DNA from: Antedon mediterranea
Lineage: Eukaryota; Animalia; Echinodermata
DNA length: 64,000 nt
Reading direction: 5' to 3'
Assembly: GCF_964355755.1 (NCBI RefSeq)
Contig: NC_092676.1
Location: 5,929,888 to 5,993,887 of the forward strand
Under the pieces are notes generated by a model. The model had not been told where the DNA came from and made no database searches. It saw nothing but the letters and a program-made list of their open reading frames with translations. The stretch's first letter is position 1, and each line of letters starts with the position of its first letter. Of the stretch, positions 28,480 through 42,835 are shown piece after piece. A program made the translations under genes and the position numbers.

Positions 28480-31400
28480 TCAGGTGTTAACTTTTATTGT
28501 GCTCCAATGTGTCCATGTCTGATTATAAAACTTTGGATTGGCCCTGACGTCATTTCTGGGAAATGTTGGCGGTAAAGAATGTTTGTGATAGTATGATAGT
28601 TTCTTTAATAGCATTTCCACAATTTCTGGACGATTGAGACTAACATCCGTCGTCTCGGTTGGGTCTACTATCATATTAAACAACCAAATGCGTTTGCCTT
28701 TGTCTTCCTTCAATCGGAACGGTTTGCTAGTTTTGTATAATTCCGGCGGCAAGTACCACGACCCGTCGCCTGGTGAAAAGAAAGAAAAATCTGCCTGTAA
28801 AATATTCAATTCAATTTATCAATTACGTAAGCCTGTTCCTAGTATGGAACGCTGAACACAAAGCGTTTTGCAGTTGGTTGAAAGTACATTTTTTTTTAAA
28901 TTTTCTGTCCTAGTTGGAACATAGCTTATTGTACTTGCCTGGGAATGGGAACCTAGCTTATTGTACATTCCTGAGAATGTGAACCTAGCTTATTGTACTT
29001 GCCTGGGATTCCAGTTATAAGTTTCCACTTGCCCATTCGTATAGCAGCCCTAATGTCCGTATCAAAGTACCTCTTCCAGCGTCTGCTTTGCAGGCCTTTC
29101 TTCCGGTACGGGTGCGTACTTAAAGGATCTATGTTATGTAAGATTTCTTTTCTGGGTGACGTTTTAGTTTCACCGCTGTGGAATAGACAATAATATAACT
29201 AGGTACGAAATCATTTATATTACGCGGAAGAAAGAAAGTTTACAAACGCCCTCCCCAATCCTGCACCATGTTAATCAACTGATGAAATACTGCACAGGCT
29301 CTGTGTACGGTACCTCAATATGGGCCACATATAATTGAAACTTAAAAAAGCACTTCCCCCTTCCCCCATCTTTCACCATGATAATCAACCGATGAAACTA
29401 CAGTAAAATTGTTTCTTTTTACACTCCTCATAGTGGAACCTCATATTATTCTTATTCTTTATTGCCAACTACAAAGTGGTAGGAAACACAAAAGGGAATC
29501 CTCTTACCAAGTAGCACATAAAGATATTCCAATAAATAAAATAGGTGCTCTATGTACCTCAATATGGGCCACATGTTGTAGCCATCCAGCTTCAGCTTGC
29601 CAACTGAGCCTTGTGCAACTCCTTCGACTAACGTAGGAAACCAGTCACTAACGTGCATCAATTTCTTAACTACTGATCCTCTCACTTTGGTTGGTAGTAA
29701 AGGGCTGTGTACAAATCCAAGACCTCGAAGGCCGCCGTCCCACAACGAACCTTTACCGCCTCGCAATGGCCAGTTGTATCCACCCAGATGAGGCCTGCCT
29801 CCATTATCTAGAAATTCAATTTATTATTTCATATTTTTACCTTGTAATATGTAGGTGACCTGATTGTCAGGGACAGGATCATCTACACACTATATGACAA
29901 ATTATATTATACATTATAGGCACATTTCGTAATACAGCATATCATGTGCATCTGTATCATCGATGACAACTTGCATTGAAACTTATGTTTAGTATGCTAC
30001 TCTGTTACTGCTTCGCAATAATTAGCCATAGCACATTCTTCACACATTTTATAAATTCAAAAGAACATTGCCTAACGAACCTGTAGTGAATGCGATGACG
30101 CTATTTTCAAGAATTCCCGTATGTTTTAGCGTTTTTGTTATGTTACCGACTGCTTCGTCCATACATGTTACCATTCCCGCGTAAATTCTTCTTTTCTCGT
30201 TTTTGATATATCTATATGGCTGTAAATACTCTTTTGGTACTTGTAACGGACCATGGACGGCTTGGTAGGACACAACGAGAAACAGAGGCTGCAATGATAT
30301 TAAATATGTTGAAAAATCTTATGAAAAAATAGCAAAAACAGTAGGCGTTTATAGCTAGTAAGCCTAGATCATTTATTAAATTCTAGCCAACCTGTGCAGT
30401 TATTGTATTATTGATTATTGATTATTTAATTGTTTTAAAGGGTGCATGTAAAAACTCAAGTAAAGTTTGCGTTACACCATGTATTTCAAACGGGCAAGTA
30501 GGCCTATAAAGTGGAGAAGTTCGGGTGTAGTACAGTACGTTACTATACAACTGGGAAGGCAATAGGCAATAGTAATATTTAATACTGTAATACTGTAATA
30601 AATTTGAATATAGAAGACAGATAAGTGAATTGAACAAGTTATATTTTGGTTTGATTTATGTCATTTATTTTATCAATAAATATAAATATGTAAAATACAA
30701 AATAAGAAATAAACATTTAAAAATAACATAACTGGAAGATATATCTCTGTCTGGCGTTAGTTCCTGAAAGAAAAAAAAAACAATACCAAACACAAGACAA
30801 ACAAAAACAGTGTTTTTCACTTAAGCTCTATCTACACTATCAAACAAAAAAATTAATGTGGATTTTTTTTTTTTTTTTTTTTTTTTTATTTCATACTCAT
30901 CCAACAGCGAGTAACCCGCCAATTACAGGATGGATAACCTATTTAAAATTTCACAAGACAAACATATACACAAGATGCTCTACATAAACAAAGACTTATT
31001 ATTAAGTCTTTGGGAGTGGAGTTGTAAATTGTCATGAGAAAAAAACCCTGACATATGACAGGACTTGAACCCAGGACCCTTAGATTGGTAGCCAAGCATC
31101 ATAACCACCAAGCCACAGCTCCACATATCACTACCATATTTGGGCACATCATACATTTTTTGTCAAACCAGTTTGATGGTGTAGACAGAGCTTAAGAGAG
31201 TATACTGATCATAGTATTGGGTGATACTACCTTACTTTTATCGTGCTTTTTAATTATTTTCTGCGCCTTTTTCGTAAATAAATGAGTGGAGTATTCCCCT
31301 TGGTAATCCCATGCAATATTTTTGTCGTTCTCTCTCAGATCGAATCCTTTCCACATCTTGCGCTTACCGGGGAAAAGGTAGTCACTCTCGTGAGTGTAGA

Positions 31401-34400
31401 AGTCTTCGGCCCCCGTAAGAAATCCTACAAAAAAAACACCAAAACAAGGTTACACAAGCCTATAATTAACTTTTCGACTAGGCGAATCTAATCGCATAAT
31501 CAAAGATTTATGAATTCTGATTGGTAGTATATTTTTTCGCGTAGATTCAAATGAATACGCATGCTGACTTGATTCGTGGGAATTTTTGACTACGGTATTG
31601 GAAAAACAGGCTTACGGTTTCACTCTCTCTAGGACGCAACGCAACTGCCAAACAATTTATCACATTGGACAATTCGGATAATCCGAGCTTGTGATTGGTC
31701 AAAGTATGCGTTACGTGATGTTCTTATTGCGTTGCGTCCGAGGGATCAAGCTTTATAAACAGAGAAATTATCAATCAACACAAAATATTGATAATAATAA
31801 TTATTATAATAATAATGTTGTCTAGGGTAACTTTTGTATAGATTTTTTGTACTTTTTAATCTTCACGTTGTTTTTAATGTTGTAATTTTGTATTTTTTTG
31901 TTGGATGATTATGTTTTGCTTTGGAGACCCACTTGATAGTTTGATTTAGTTCGCTTTTGGAAATCCTGTCTCTCTCTATTGTTTGTTATTTTTTGTTATA
32001 ATTATGTGAGACGAAATAAATGAAATGAAATGAAATGAAAATATACACAATACGCATTACAATTTCACACCGTGTTGACACGAAATACATTTTGTCTCGA
32101 GACATATTTTAACACTTGCAAGATGGTTTACATATAATATAAGCTAATAGGAAACAGATCTTTAATATTCAAGGGAAGAAAAAATTAGGGAATTCCCTGA
32201 TTCTAAAATAATAAACACAAGTCAAACATTTAATTTATAATTAATAAGATTATTTATTCAAAGGAAATGAATCAAATATGATTTATTTGAATTAACTCTT
32301 TTATAAAAACGAGGTTATACTATAATACGTCACAAACAAAAACAAGGTAGACGCGCGCGTACCATTTTCATCAAAGTTTATACGCGCGTGTCAATACAGC
32401 GTGACGTAACAAATCAGGCGTACGAAACGGATTATTTTAGGTAGACTGCAGTACAGTTTATAAGTTTAATGGGACATTTGCCAATAGTAAAATACATTTG
32501 AGATCCGTGCCTCCGCTAATTGAATTTATTAATTGGATGTTTTATGCCGATTACGTCTTGCCTATGACACGTGATACAAGTATATTACACAAATTAGGAA
32601 ATACAGTAGAGGAATAGGAATAGTTAAAACAGCATGATTTCCGTTTTAGACTATAGACTCAAATAGAACGTGGAGGAATCAAAAGGCTTACATATTTAAA
32701 AGTTACATTAAAAAGGGTACATCGTCGTGACCGAACCTTAATAGGCGTTGGTCATGTTGCCAAATCATAAATCATTGCGCATACAGTTTCACAATTAAAG
32801 TGTCCCCCACGCGCGCGTCTACCTTTTTCACTGAATTGTTGTGTCCCAAAGGACATTGTGAAGTTGTAGTATAGACTCCCGTTTAGACTCCACACGTTTA
32901 GTTTAAAATTCATCTTTGTGACATTGTCAATTACATTTTACAGTACACTAAATTTATTTAATGGTGACGACTTAACTTGATTTGAAATGACTGATTGGAT
33001 CATAGCTTGTCTCAAGTACCGGAAGTCGTCCACTATATTGTACATGTAAAATGACCACAATTACTAACGCTAGTTGAATTTCGCTAGCCGAAATACAGTG
33101 ATGACAGAGCGGGAGAAAATGAAAGACTTACGTGAGCTGGAGACAAAGATGGTGGAAATTAAAGTATAACCTATATTGACAAAATTAGTAGTTATTTTAT
33201 TCTACGTATTTTGTACATGATTAAACAGTGTCCTCTTAATTTGAGTGTCCCTGAATAGGGATTATCCGTATTGTTAAAATGTATATCCCTCGTTCGTTTC
33301 AAGTGAAAGTGTCTCCTTAATAGGAGTGGGGTGTCCGAAATGTGGGGTTTCTATTGTATATTGCTATTTGATCCATGAAACACGACAAATGACGTGAATG
33401 TTAATGTTTAATATTGATTACGTCATCATGATGGTTGTTGATTGTTTGATTATGAGAAATAAATTTATGCTACGTTGTCTAACGTGAGCTCGTTGCCCCG
33501 AGAGAGGTCTAAATACACATTAGTGCGTTACAGCTAATTGGGCCTACGCAAAAATAACATGTGATTTCAACGAAGGACTTTGTTTCATTTTTATCGATGT
33601 GAATACAAATTATACGTGTAGGCCTAATACATGTATTGTTTTGTGACAGAATTAATTAAATATACTAATATAAAATGTTTCACCAAACATTGTTCAAGAT
33701 ACTTTTGGAGAGTTCAATAAACACCAAATGCGTGTGCGTTTAACGGATAAAAGGATATTTTCCTAAAGCGTTGTTCCCACTGGAACGCAACGCAACGTAA
33801 CGTAGTGACGTATCGACGAAAAGGGCTGTATTGCGTAATCACAAATGGAAACCGACGACGCAACAGTGCTGCAAAATCACAGGTTTGATTTCACGCAGAG
33901 AGGCAAACACAATTATTGGAAGGGCATTTTCTTACGTTGCGTAGATTGCGTTACGTTGCATCGCTAGTGGGAACCAAGCTTAAGCGTCGACTATTCTATA
34001 TTATGCTATTATTAACTAGACTGAAACAAAATAGCACATCCTTCTTCATGGCAATCTCATAAATGCTATACCACTGTAGTATGGTACGGTAGTGAGTGTT
34101 GATTCGTATACTACTATACTTTATAACCGATTTAAGGAACACAAATAGAGGACATTTTGTTTGGTCCCGAAGTTGTGCCCTGATTGGTGTTCTCCTTTAT
34201 TTTAAGTAAACCTCACGATTTCAGTTACTACACCTGTTAGCCGTATTCACCATTCACACTTAAAAAATCTCCTATCTAAGTGAATACAATTTAAGGAAAA
34301 TACTTAAAAATTTCAGTTTTGAGTTAAGGGGAATATTTAATATTTAAGGGAAATATCTCACTTAATTAAAAGAGTGATTGCTGAATACGTCCACAGTTAT

Positions 34401-37400
34401 CCAACGTCCGGATTACAATGCGCTTAAACGTTCCTCGTAGCCTTATGGGACACTCGGCCTGAAAAAGATAGGTAAGGTAAGGTAAGAAACGTTCCTCATT
34501 CGACCATACTAACCAAAGAAATGATGGAACCCTCTTCTTGTTGGCCAGCAATGCTTCTTGTGAAAGCCCAGGTGCCATTTCCCCACGAGGTTGGTACGGT
34601 AGCCTAATCGTTGAAGTTTTTCTCCCAGTGTTACCTCACCATAAGGTAAACAGTTGGGCTGCGCTGGACGGATGTATGAATGTTGAAGTCCTAGATGAAT
34701 CTATGAACAAATCCACATAATCTTTATGTTAAACTTACTTTTAAAAATGTTGACATGGTTCTAGGTTTCACTTGTTATGTGTTGCACCTTTGTCATGTTT
34801 TCATGTTGTTTGCACTCTAATGGGCCTTGCTCTTACGGTCATGTAATACCAGCATTCGTTGATTTTCTTGTATGTACAGTATTTGTAATGGTAAATAAAT
34901 TGAAACTGAAATGAAACTGACCTTATAAGGTAATGAATGTGAGGAATGTATAATTTGCCATTTTATAAATGGTTAAACGAATACATCGTAAATAGAGACA
35001 CGGCTAAAGTCATAAACATACGATGTCCATAACTAGGAACTTCTTCAAAGACAAGATAAGATATAAGATAAACTTTGTTGTCGGGTATATATACGTGGAA
35101 AATTGAAATATACGTATGCAACGATGTTGAATAATATTCTGCGTAAAGATAGATGACATAAGTTCTATTTTAAGAGAAAAGATGTCAACTACAGTAGACC
35201 CGCCGTACAGATGAAGATATTCTACGCAAAGACATATGAAATAAGTTCTATTTTAAGAAAAGATGTCAACTTGGCCCGCCATTACATTTGAGGTGAGTGC
35301 TCTCGACTAGTCTGTGAATTTGGAATAGGAAATTCAAAGGACCTGAGGGGAATTATGTTGTCGGAACAAATCAACAGGTTGTGTGTGTGATCGTCTCACC
35401 GTTCAAAAGTACAAGAAAATCTATTAGTATTACTACAGTTGAAAGAGATTATAGAAAGATTTGACAACATATCACAAGTGATGTATCATCCGTAGGCCTA
35501 CTGTCGTTCTTGATTGGTAAACTTAGCCTAAGTAAGTCTACTTGTTATAATAGGCCTACTTGAGTTGCGAGTACGTCTTTGCGTTGAGAGTGTACATCCT
35601 TGCGTTAAGAGTACGTATTTGGTTGCGAGTGCACATCTTTGCGTTACAAGTACGTATTTGCGTTGCGAATGTACATATTTGCGTTGCGAGTACACATCTC
35701 TGCGTTGTAAGTTCACATCTTTGTGTTGAAAGTATACATATTTGCGTTGGGAGTGTACATCTTTACGTTGCGAGTAGGTATTTGCGTTAAACGTGTACTG
35801 TATACACGTCCTAGTGGAAACCAACCTTTAAAAAATTGTTTTTATATGATTATGAACAATATTAAAAAATTAAATATGATAATAGTGAAATTATTCCATA
35901 ATTCAATGTCAAGGAATCATTTCCAAAAGATAATGGGATAATGTGTAGGGCAGACAGTTAACGAAGCAATTATTACCCAATCACAGGGGAGTAGGGTAAA
36001 GTGACACAACTGAAGGCGTTCAAATTGTAGAATTTTCAAAATAGTTTGTTTTGATTAAGTCTATAATTATGGAAGTTTACTTTTACAGAAAAAAAAAGCG
36101 TTGTTTTTGTAAGTAGCGGAATCGCAGTCGACTAAACAAATTTGCTGAATGCAGACGATTTATTTGATTTCATATTTTTTTCAATTTCAATTTGTGCAGT
36201 AATTATCACTTTTGAGGCAAACATAACGTGATGTAGTGATATACACAAGTCAAGGTTATCAAAATATATTTATATGAATAAAATAGGCTTTTTTAATTTT
36301 AAGGTTGATGATACGTACAGCTAATGTGTGTTAGTCAGTCGCTTATACCACCACTCACTTGTACAATGGCACTAATGATTACGTAATAACTTTTCCAGCA
36401 TTGTCAATAGTCACAATCATAATCAACAATGTAAATGTTCTCAATTTAAGTCATTGATATATTTCATAATGTCTTTACATTTTATATCATTTTGATCAGT
36501 TCTTTTTATATATTTTATCCATTTTAATCCTGTGGATTCTTTCTAGAGTGATTTTTTAGTTTTTTTTGAGAATTTTGAATAAAGTCATTCAATCAATATG
36601 ATTGTTAAATGACAATTCAAAATTATACATTTCCTCTATGGTTTTTTTCACATTATTTCAAAGTGATGCATATTTTTAAATAAATATTTTTTAAATACTT
36701 TGCGCATTCCGGATAACCACAATTGTTTCCTTTTCTGATAACAACACTTCTGTACACTGCATACAGTATAGATTACAGAAAAAAATACATTTAAGCCAAA
36801 ATTGTACTTCAATAACCTTGTTTGCATGTTTCCAACTCTCAAAGGATATTGTATGATACACATTTCCGACTGGCTTATCGTTGGAGGCCTTTGAGAAGAT
36901 TTGAGCCATTTTCTTTAACGTAAACAAACTATACACAGCCTCTACATAGTCCCTGCATAGTGGACAGGGCCAAGCAATGTTGTAACGTTATATATACATA
37001 ACACACATAGACCTACATATTTTACATTATAGAATCGAGGTATAAAGGCCAAATTACACAGACGACCGGTAACGGAAAGCGGAAAACCGCGTAGCTTGTC
37101 CCACATGGAATCTGTATCTATCCTGAGCGGTAAACCGCCCGTCCGCTCCGCGTTGTGTGTAAATGGTCATAAGGAATAACATAGATTCTATAATTGTATA
37201 TACGCTCGCCTGTGTAATGCTTGATTCCCACTAGAGAATCAACACAAGGACGTAACGCAACGTAAGTGAGTTAACCAATCACAAGCGATAGATTATTCGA
37301 ACTGTCGCTTGTCATTGGTCAACACCGCTTAAGTTACGTTTACGTACTTGCGTTGCGTCCTAGAACGCAACACAGCGACGTATCGACGTAAAGTGTTGTA

Positions 37401-40400
37401 TTGCGTAATCACAAGTGGGAACCGACGACGCAATAGTGTTGCAAACATCGCAGGTTGATTTCACGCAGGTGGGGCAAACACAATTATTAGAAGGGCATTT
37501 GCTAACGTTGCGTAGATTGCGTTACCTTGCGTCGCTAGTGGGAACCAAGCTTTAGATTGCAGATTCCGGGTTCAGTCAGTACTCTACTGCAGGATGTTGC
37601 TCAAGGTGGAAAGTGTCACTACATTAAGCCCATAATTAGAATGTGCCTATAAGGAGTTTAGTTCATATCCTGGTGAGCTTATTCTCTGTTTGACATATGC
37701 AGCTGTAATACGACAAAACATACCTGGGTGTATCGTTTAAGTTTATTTTATTTTATTTTATTTTATTTACAGTAGTTACAGAAGTTACAGAAGTTACAGT
37801 AGTAAAGTACTATTTCCTTTAGATTTATATACTTTCTTCCAACAGACGATATCTATTCATAAAGTAAACATAAGCAGTGGCGCGCCAGGATTTTAAAATC
37901 TGGACCAGGGCCTAAAAAATGAACATTGTGCAGATTATTATTATTACTTTTTTTTTTACCCAGGGTAAGCCCAAACAGTTAAAAAAACTGATTTCCATTG
38001 GGGCCCTGAGTTGAGTTAAAAACCATTTACATAATAGCGTTTTGAGCTGAATATACTTCTGAAGTTCAGATTTAAATAACCCTAAGAAGGATATGATGGT
38101 TCTTAACTCCTCTTCGACGCTATTCCACACACCAACTTGTGGAGAAACATTCGGTTCTCGCAAAAGGAACCTTTAACTTTCAACAATGTGGACTGCCTCG
38201 TTACACGTGACTGGGATAAGGGTGTATATATATGTTTTGTATTTTTTTTTTCGTGCATGGTCCACCAATGTTCAACCCCACCCATACGCTCCCCCTTTTT
38301 CCAAATTTGGATCCGCATGTGATAAATGACTGAACGGACGTAAGATATATTTAATAAACAAGTGATATATCCCCCAAAAAAGAGTTGAGAGAGACAGAGT
38401 AGTTAGTAAAGCTCTGTCTGCACTATCAAACTTTATGTGACAACAAAAAGTGATGTTCCCATATATGGAAACGATGATGTAATATCACTATTATATTTAG
38501 GCATATCGCTACCATATTTGGCCACCATGTCGGTCAGTTGGTCGATTGGTCTGTCGGTTGGTCGGCAAACACTAACTTGAGCACGCTACTTCAGCCATTT
38601 ATATGGCCTTGTTAATAGAGACATCTTAGTTTTAAATAGAAATATCTTAGTTTTAAATAAAGATATCTCTATTAATAGAGATATCTTAGTTTAAAACTAA
38701 GATAACTTTATTTCCGAATAAATGACGCCATACAACAGCGAATAAGCACCGGGTTTGTATAAACACAATTGTGTCTTTATGCTTAGGCCTCTGCGGTATT
38801 TCATTAATCCAATTTATAATATTTCCTTTCTATTCTGTACAACACATGCTAAAAGTTCAAGAGACGGAACGTGCCAGTTAACAAATAACTTGTATCTTTG
38901 CGAATTAATCAAATTTTGTCCGTCAATATTTTATTGTTTACTTTTTGTCAAAAGTTATATATGCGTTGCAATACTGACAGGCATTTCCATTCACTTTTGT
39001 AGGTTATTTATATAGAGACTGTATTTCAGTAAGTTATAACACCTATACATATGGATATCTGGATATCGATCCGGATACCTTTTAAATTTGAAATTAATCT
39101 TGCAATCGTCGATAATTGAGAAATTAATATATAAAGTTCAGATAAACACAATAGAATAAGATTATTGATGCGGGTAATAAGCGGTACTTTGCATGTTTTC
39201 ACCCTTCAGGCTCACCAGACTAGGGACCATGGTTTCCGAAACTGTCACCGTCAAATCTTCAAATGAATCTGTTGAATCAGAGAGTTAAATTATCCGATAT
39301 TGTCTTCAGATCTAGATGACCAATGAACGTTGCGCTATACACACTTTCAGAAAATGGATACATTAATATAAATAATAAAACACTTATGAATCATATTTTT
39401 GTTATCTCCAGTGACGAATTTAAATATTTCTAACTCTAAAATAACTGAATTTAATGACGTATTTATAGTTTCTATAAATACGTAATTGTATCAGTGTATA
39501 TTTTCTAATAACACATAAATAGGTATTAGCGTCAGTTGAGCCTATCAGATAAACAAGTTTGATGAGCATGGTACCTTACGGTGGGCCTACATCTTTTCTA
39601 CTAAAGCTCTATCTACACTATCAAACTAGTTTGTGATGTGCCCAAAAATGGTAGTGATATGCTCAAATATGGTAGTGATATGACATCATCATGTCCATAT
39701 ATGGGCACATCACATTTGTTTGTCACATAAAGTTTGATAATGTAAACAGTGCTTTAAATACAGGAAGGAGAATGCCCAACTTGACGATATACTGATGCAC
39801 TCAATTTTAGACCATGGGTTTTGCTACATGCTGGGTTCCGTGTTTTGCAAGCGATTCATACCCAGAGGCTCACTATATTTTAAGATGAAACACACACTTA
39901 TGACAGCCCAAGAATCTAATATTAGAACGTATAGAAATTCAATTTATTAAAAGTTGATTTTCGAGTATAAATGGAATTCCGATGTATTTATATTATGTTT
40001 ATATAGACTTTGATCAATTTATTTTCGAGGACGTTTCTACAAAGCCTACTAAACAAATTGTCATATATGGTTGATAACAAGATGATTATATAAATATGTT
40101 TAAAGAAAAAACAAAAATGATTATCCTTTTTAATTTTATAATAGTGAATATGAAATACTAATTGTTTAGATTGATAACGATTATAAATTTTCTTACGCTA
40201 TCGAGTGACAATGTCACAAAACCTATTATTAAAGATGTATATTCCTCTTTTGTTGTTGAATATGCCATTTTAATGTCACATAATAGTTATCCACTTTGAC
40301 CAAAAATTTGATACAAACACAATTTATTTACCTGAAAAAAACTGTAGTTTAAAGAAGATGGTCAAATGGCTGCCAGTAAATGGATTTTTGGTTGAATTTA

Positions 40401-41819
40401 ATCATTTATTATGTTATTTTATACGTGAAAACATTACTTCTTTTTTTTTCGTTTTTTTTTCTACGGAAGTGATTAACTTTATTAAAACTACGAAATAACC
40501 TATTCAAAATCTGATTAAATTAATCTTCATTTTTCATGTTTTTGTGGGACAATACATCTTTAACCTCATTATGTTCAGTAAACAAATTACATTTTGGCAA
40601 CAAATCAAAATAATATAATAATTGTGTCAACGACTACTTTTAATGTTTCGCTTTCGTCACTCTTACTTTGTATGACGTCTAACGCACGTATTCCTTTGTT
40701 AAAAATTAGAACTATGTTCTCTCACGAGAAATAAATGGGTTTTTTACAGAATACGAAGCAGACGTGAAAATTCCAGGACAACTACTGTATTTACCATCTT
40801 TATTGAGAATGCTTTGATTGTTATTATTTTTTTTAGCAAACGCAAAGGAACCATTTTGGACTACTGAATGTCAATATAGAACACGAATTTGTTACTAATT
40901 CACTACCTTATTAACCATAATATATTACCAGACAGGTATGAACGACAAACAACTCATTGTCTTATAAACACAGTACTTTGACTGATAAAATCTATTGAAC
41001 TTATACAGACGTGTATATTTTTAGAAATCTATCGTACTTTCACTTTAAGATAAAAAGTTCTTAAATAGTTTATTTGACATGCCAACGATTGTTTTTCATT
41101 ACCTGTTGTTTAAAATTCTGTTACAAAACAAAGTTCAAATAAAGATTATTACTTATTATTGTAAGATCTCCACTTTGTTTAGACCACAGAATAATTTTTA
41201 AAACAAAAGAACTCCTCTTTTACCATGATTAAGGAGATACTTTGGGTCCCGGATGTGTCCCCTTAATAGAGGCTCTACTGTATTACATTTTAATAATGAT
41301 ATTTATGTAGAAAATCAACATTGATTTGTTTCCGTAATAGGCCTGTAATTTGTTTACAAAAAATTAAATAAAGTCACTCTATATAGCCATGTACAACAAT
41401 AATTTTATATTAAAAGCAATAAAGGGTACTGTCGTAGGTGTCCAATGTAAGATTTCAGAATTCGATGAGATTCAGACCCGTAACCTTTTATTCGAGGCCG
41501 GCGTTTACCTACTCGACAATTTACCATTATTAGAATGTAAACGTAAAGTAAATATATTAAATAATACACCTACCGAATATTTCCCTGTCATGAGCTGCGC
41601 TCTGGTTGGTGAGCATATAGGTTGCACGTAATAGTTATTTAACCGGACACCAGACAACGCTAGTCTGTCCATATGCGGTGTTCGTATGTGCGATCCATGA
41701 TAGCCTATATCGCTGTATCCATAGTCATCAGCAATAAATAGAATTATATGCGGACGTTTTAAACAATGACAAAATATGAAAAACTGAATGAAAGTTAAAA
41801 AGTATCGTATGAGACGCAT
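28480..41819 (-). CDS. ARSB: Arylsulfatase B/I/J-family sulfatase, 7 exons
   Basis: Exons 41819..41574 (signal peptide, [12 protein letters not shown], catalytic [11 protein letters not shown]), 34700..34514 (GKWHLG), 31424..31231, 30288..30081 (YQAVHGPLQ), 29807..29558 ([20 protein letters not shown]), 29175..29003 ([10 protein letters not shown]; GC donor) and 28769..28480. Phases join into one frame. Orthology within ARSB/I/J is not resolvable by eye. Confidence 0.9.
30823..31195. mobile_element. MITE family A (TIR AAGCTCTRTCTACACTATCAAAC) with a nested tRNA-derived insertion
   Basis: TIR at both ends. Related copies at ~38409..38525, 39604..39755, 43447..43605 and 60785..60913. Confidence 0.75.
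30856..31125 (-). mobile_element. tRNA-derived (SINE-like) insertion
   Basis: Minus-strand head with A box TGGCTTGGTGG and B box GGTTCAAGTCC (31061..31071); A-rich tail at 30862..30890. Confidence 0.55.
32306..32885. mobile_element. Probable MITE with imperfect inverted termini
   Basis: AAGGTAGACGCGCGCGT near 32344 is inverted near 32809..32826; outer AAACGAGGTTATACTA pairs imperfectly with TAGTATAGACTCCCGTTT. Confidence 0.45.
33765..33981. mobile_element. MITE family B (TIR AAGCTTGGTTCCCACTAG..ACGCAACG)
   Basis: Inverted termini. Near-identical copies at ~37360..37552 and 61713..61921; related subfamily at ~31612..31752, 37219..37362, 42163..42314 and 61550..61711. Confidence 0.75.
35560..35800 (+). 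repeat. 21-bp minisatellite (TTGCGTTGCGAGTACACATCT)n
   Basis: About 11 degenerate tandem units. Confidence 0.85.
37219..37552. mobile_element. Composite of two family-B MITEs
   Basis: Two subfamily units joined; ends GTGGGAACCAAGCTT. Confidence 0.7.
39604..39755. mobile_element. MITE family A copy
   Basis: AAGCTCTATCTACACTATCAAACT ... AGTTTGATAATGTAAACAGTGCTT inverted termini. Confidence 0.75.
40233..40559. mobile_element. TTAA-target MITE (Kolobok-like)
   Basis: TTAA|AGATGTAT...GGGACAATACATCT|TTAA. Internal sequence is the reverse complement of 53755..54086. Confidence 0.75.
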
Positions 41820-42835
41820 GGCCTTGTTGTAATCTCACGGGTAGCCACTGCTTAATCCTTCAATCATACTCGATCGCTCTCATGCGTCTAAATTCTAAAC
41901 GTGCCTCGATATTGCTTTGTACATCTCCAAAGTACTTAAAGTAACTTTTTCCTCTACCGGGACAATGTGGGCGTAAGTTGGGTTCAGATTTGAGGGCGAC
42001 ATTTCAATTTAATTCAATTCATTTCGTCAAACAGTGACTCTAAAAGTGTCTTACTTGTTACGAATAACAAATACAAACAACAAAATGATACAATCACATG
42101 ATAAAATATAATACAGATAAAAAATACAAAATACATACACTACCTACATTAATATAGTCCCGTATGGTTCCTAATTGTACGCAATGCAATTCCAAAGGCA
42201 CAACGCAAGTGAGTTGATCTCAATCACGTTCGACGATTCATCGTGTCGTGATTGGTCAATTACATACGTTGCGCTTATTTCCTTGCGCATTGATTCCTGA
42301 TAAGGACCGAGCTTTAGTGTTACTTATGTTCAGCCCACCACCAACTTTATTATTTGCTTGATCTATTAGTATTTTGCTTAAACAAAATTAGTTTGATTAG
42401 GCTTACGCAGAACTAATGTGCATGCTATCGCAAAATATAAAAAAAAACTTTATAATATTATTGTGCAGTTACGTAATGCCTAATTATTTAATGTTCTCGA
42501 AATAAATTCGTCGTTAAAAAATATCAAAACATTATGCATGTACTATAATCGTTACAATAGCTCACGTGATTGATTTTATATGAATAGACAGCAAGTATTA
42601 CTCAAGAATTAGATGCGTTGAATTTCTCTCGTAAAATACATGCGAAAATAATAGTACACAGGTAAACCCCACACCCCTCTTTTGGGATATCCCAATACAG
42701 GGGAGCCATCTATATTAAGGAAGGGAGACTTTTCTGTGGAACGAACGAAGAGAAATTATATGTTTAAACAGTACAGCAAATCCCTATGTGGACACCATAA
42801 AAGGACACTTTGATAGGAGCCCTATGTATATAATA

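Noticed and set aside
35528-35824. Heptad-like ORF (SQRKYVH repeats)
   Set aside because: Translation of a 21-bp intronic minisatellite; no convincing splice or start context.
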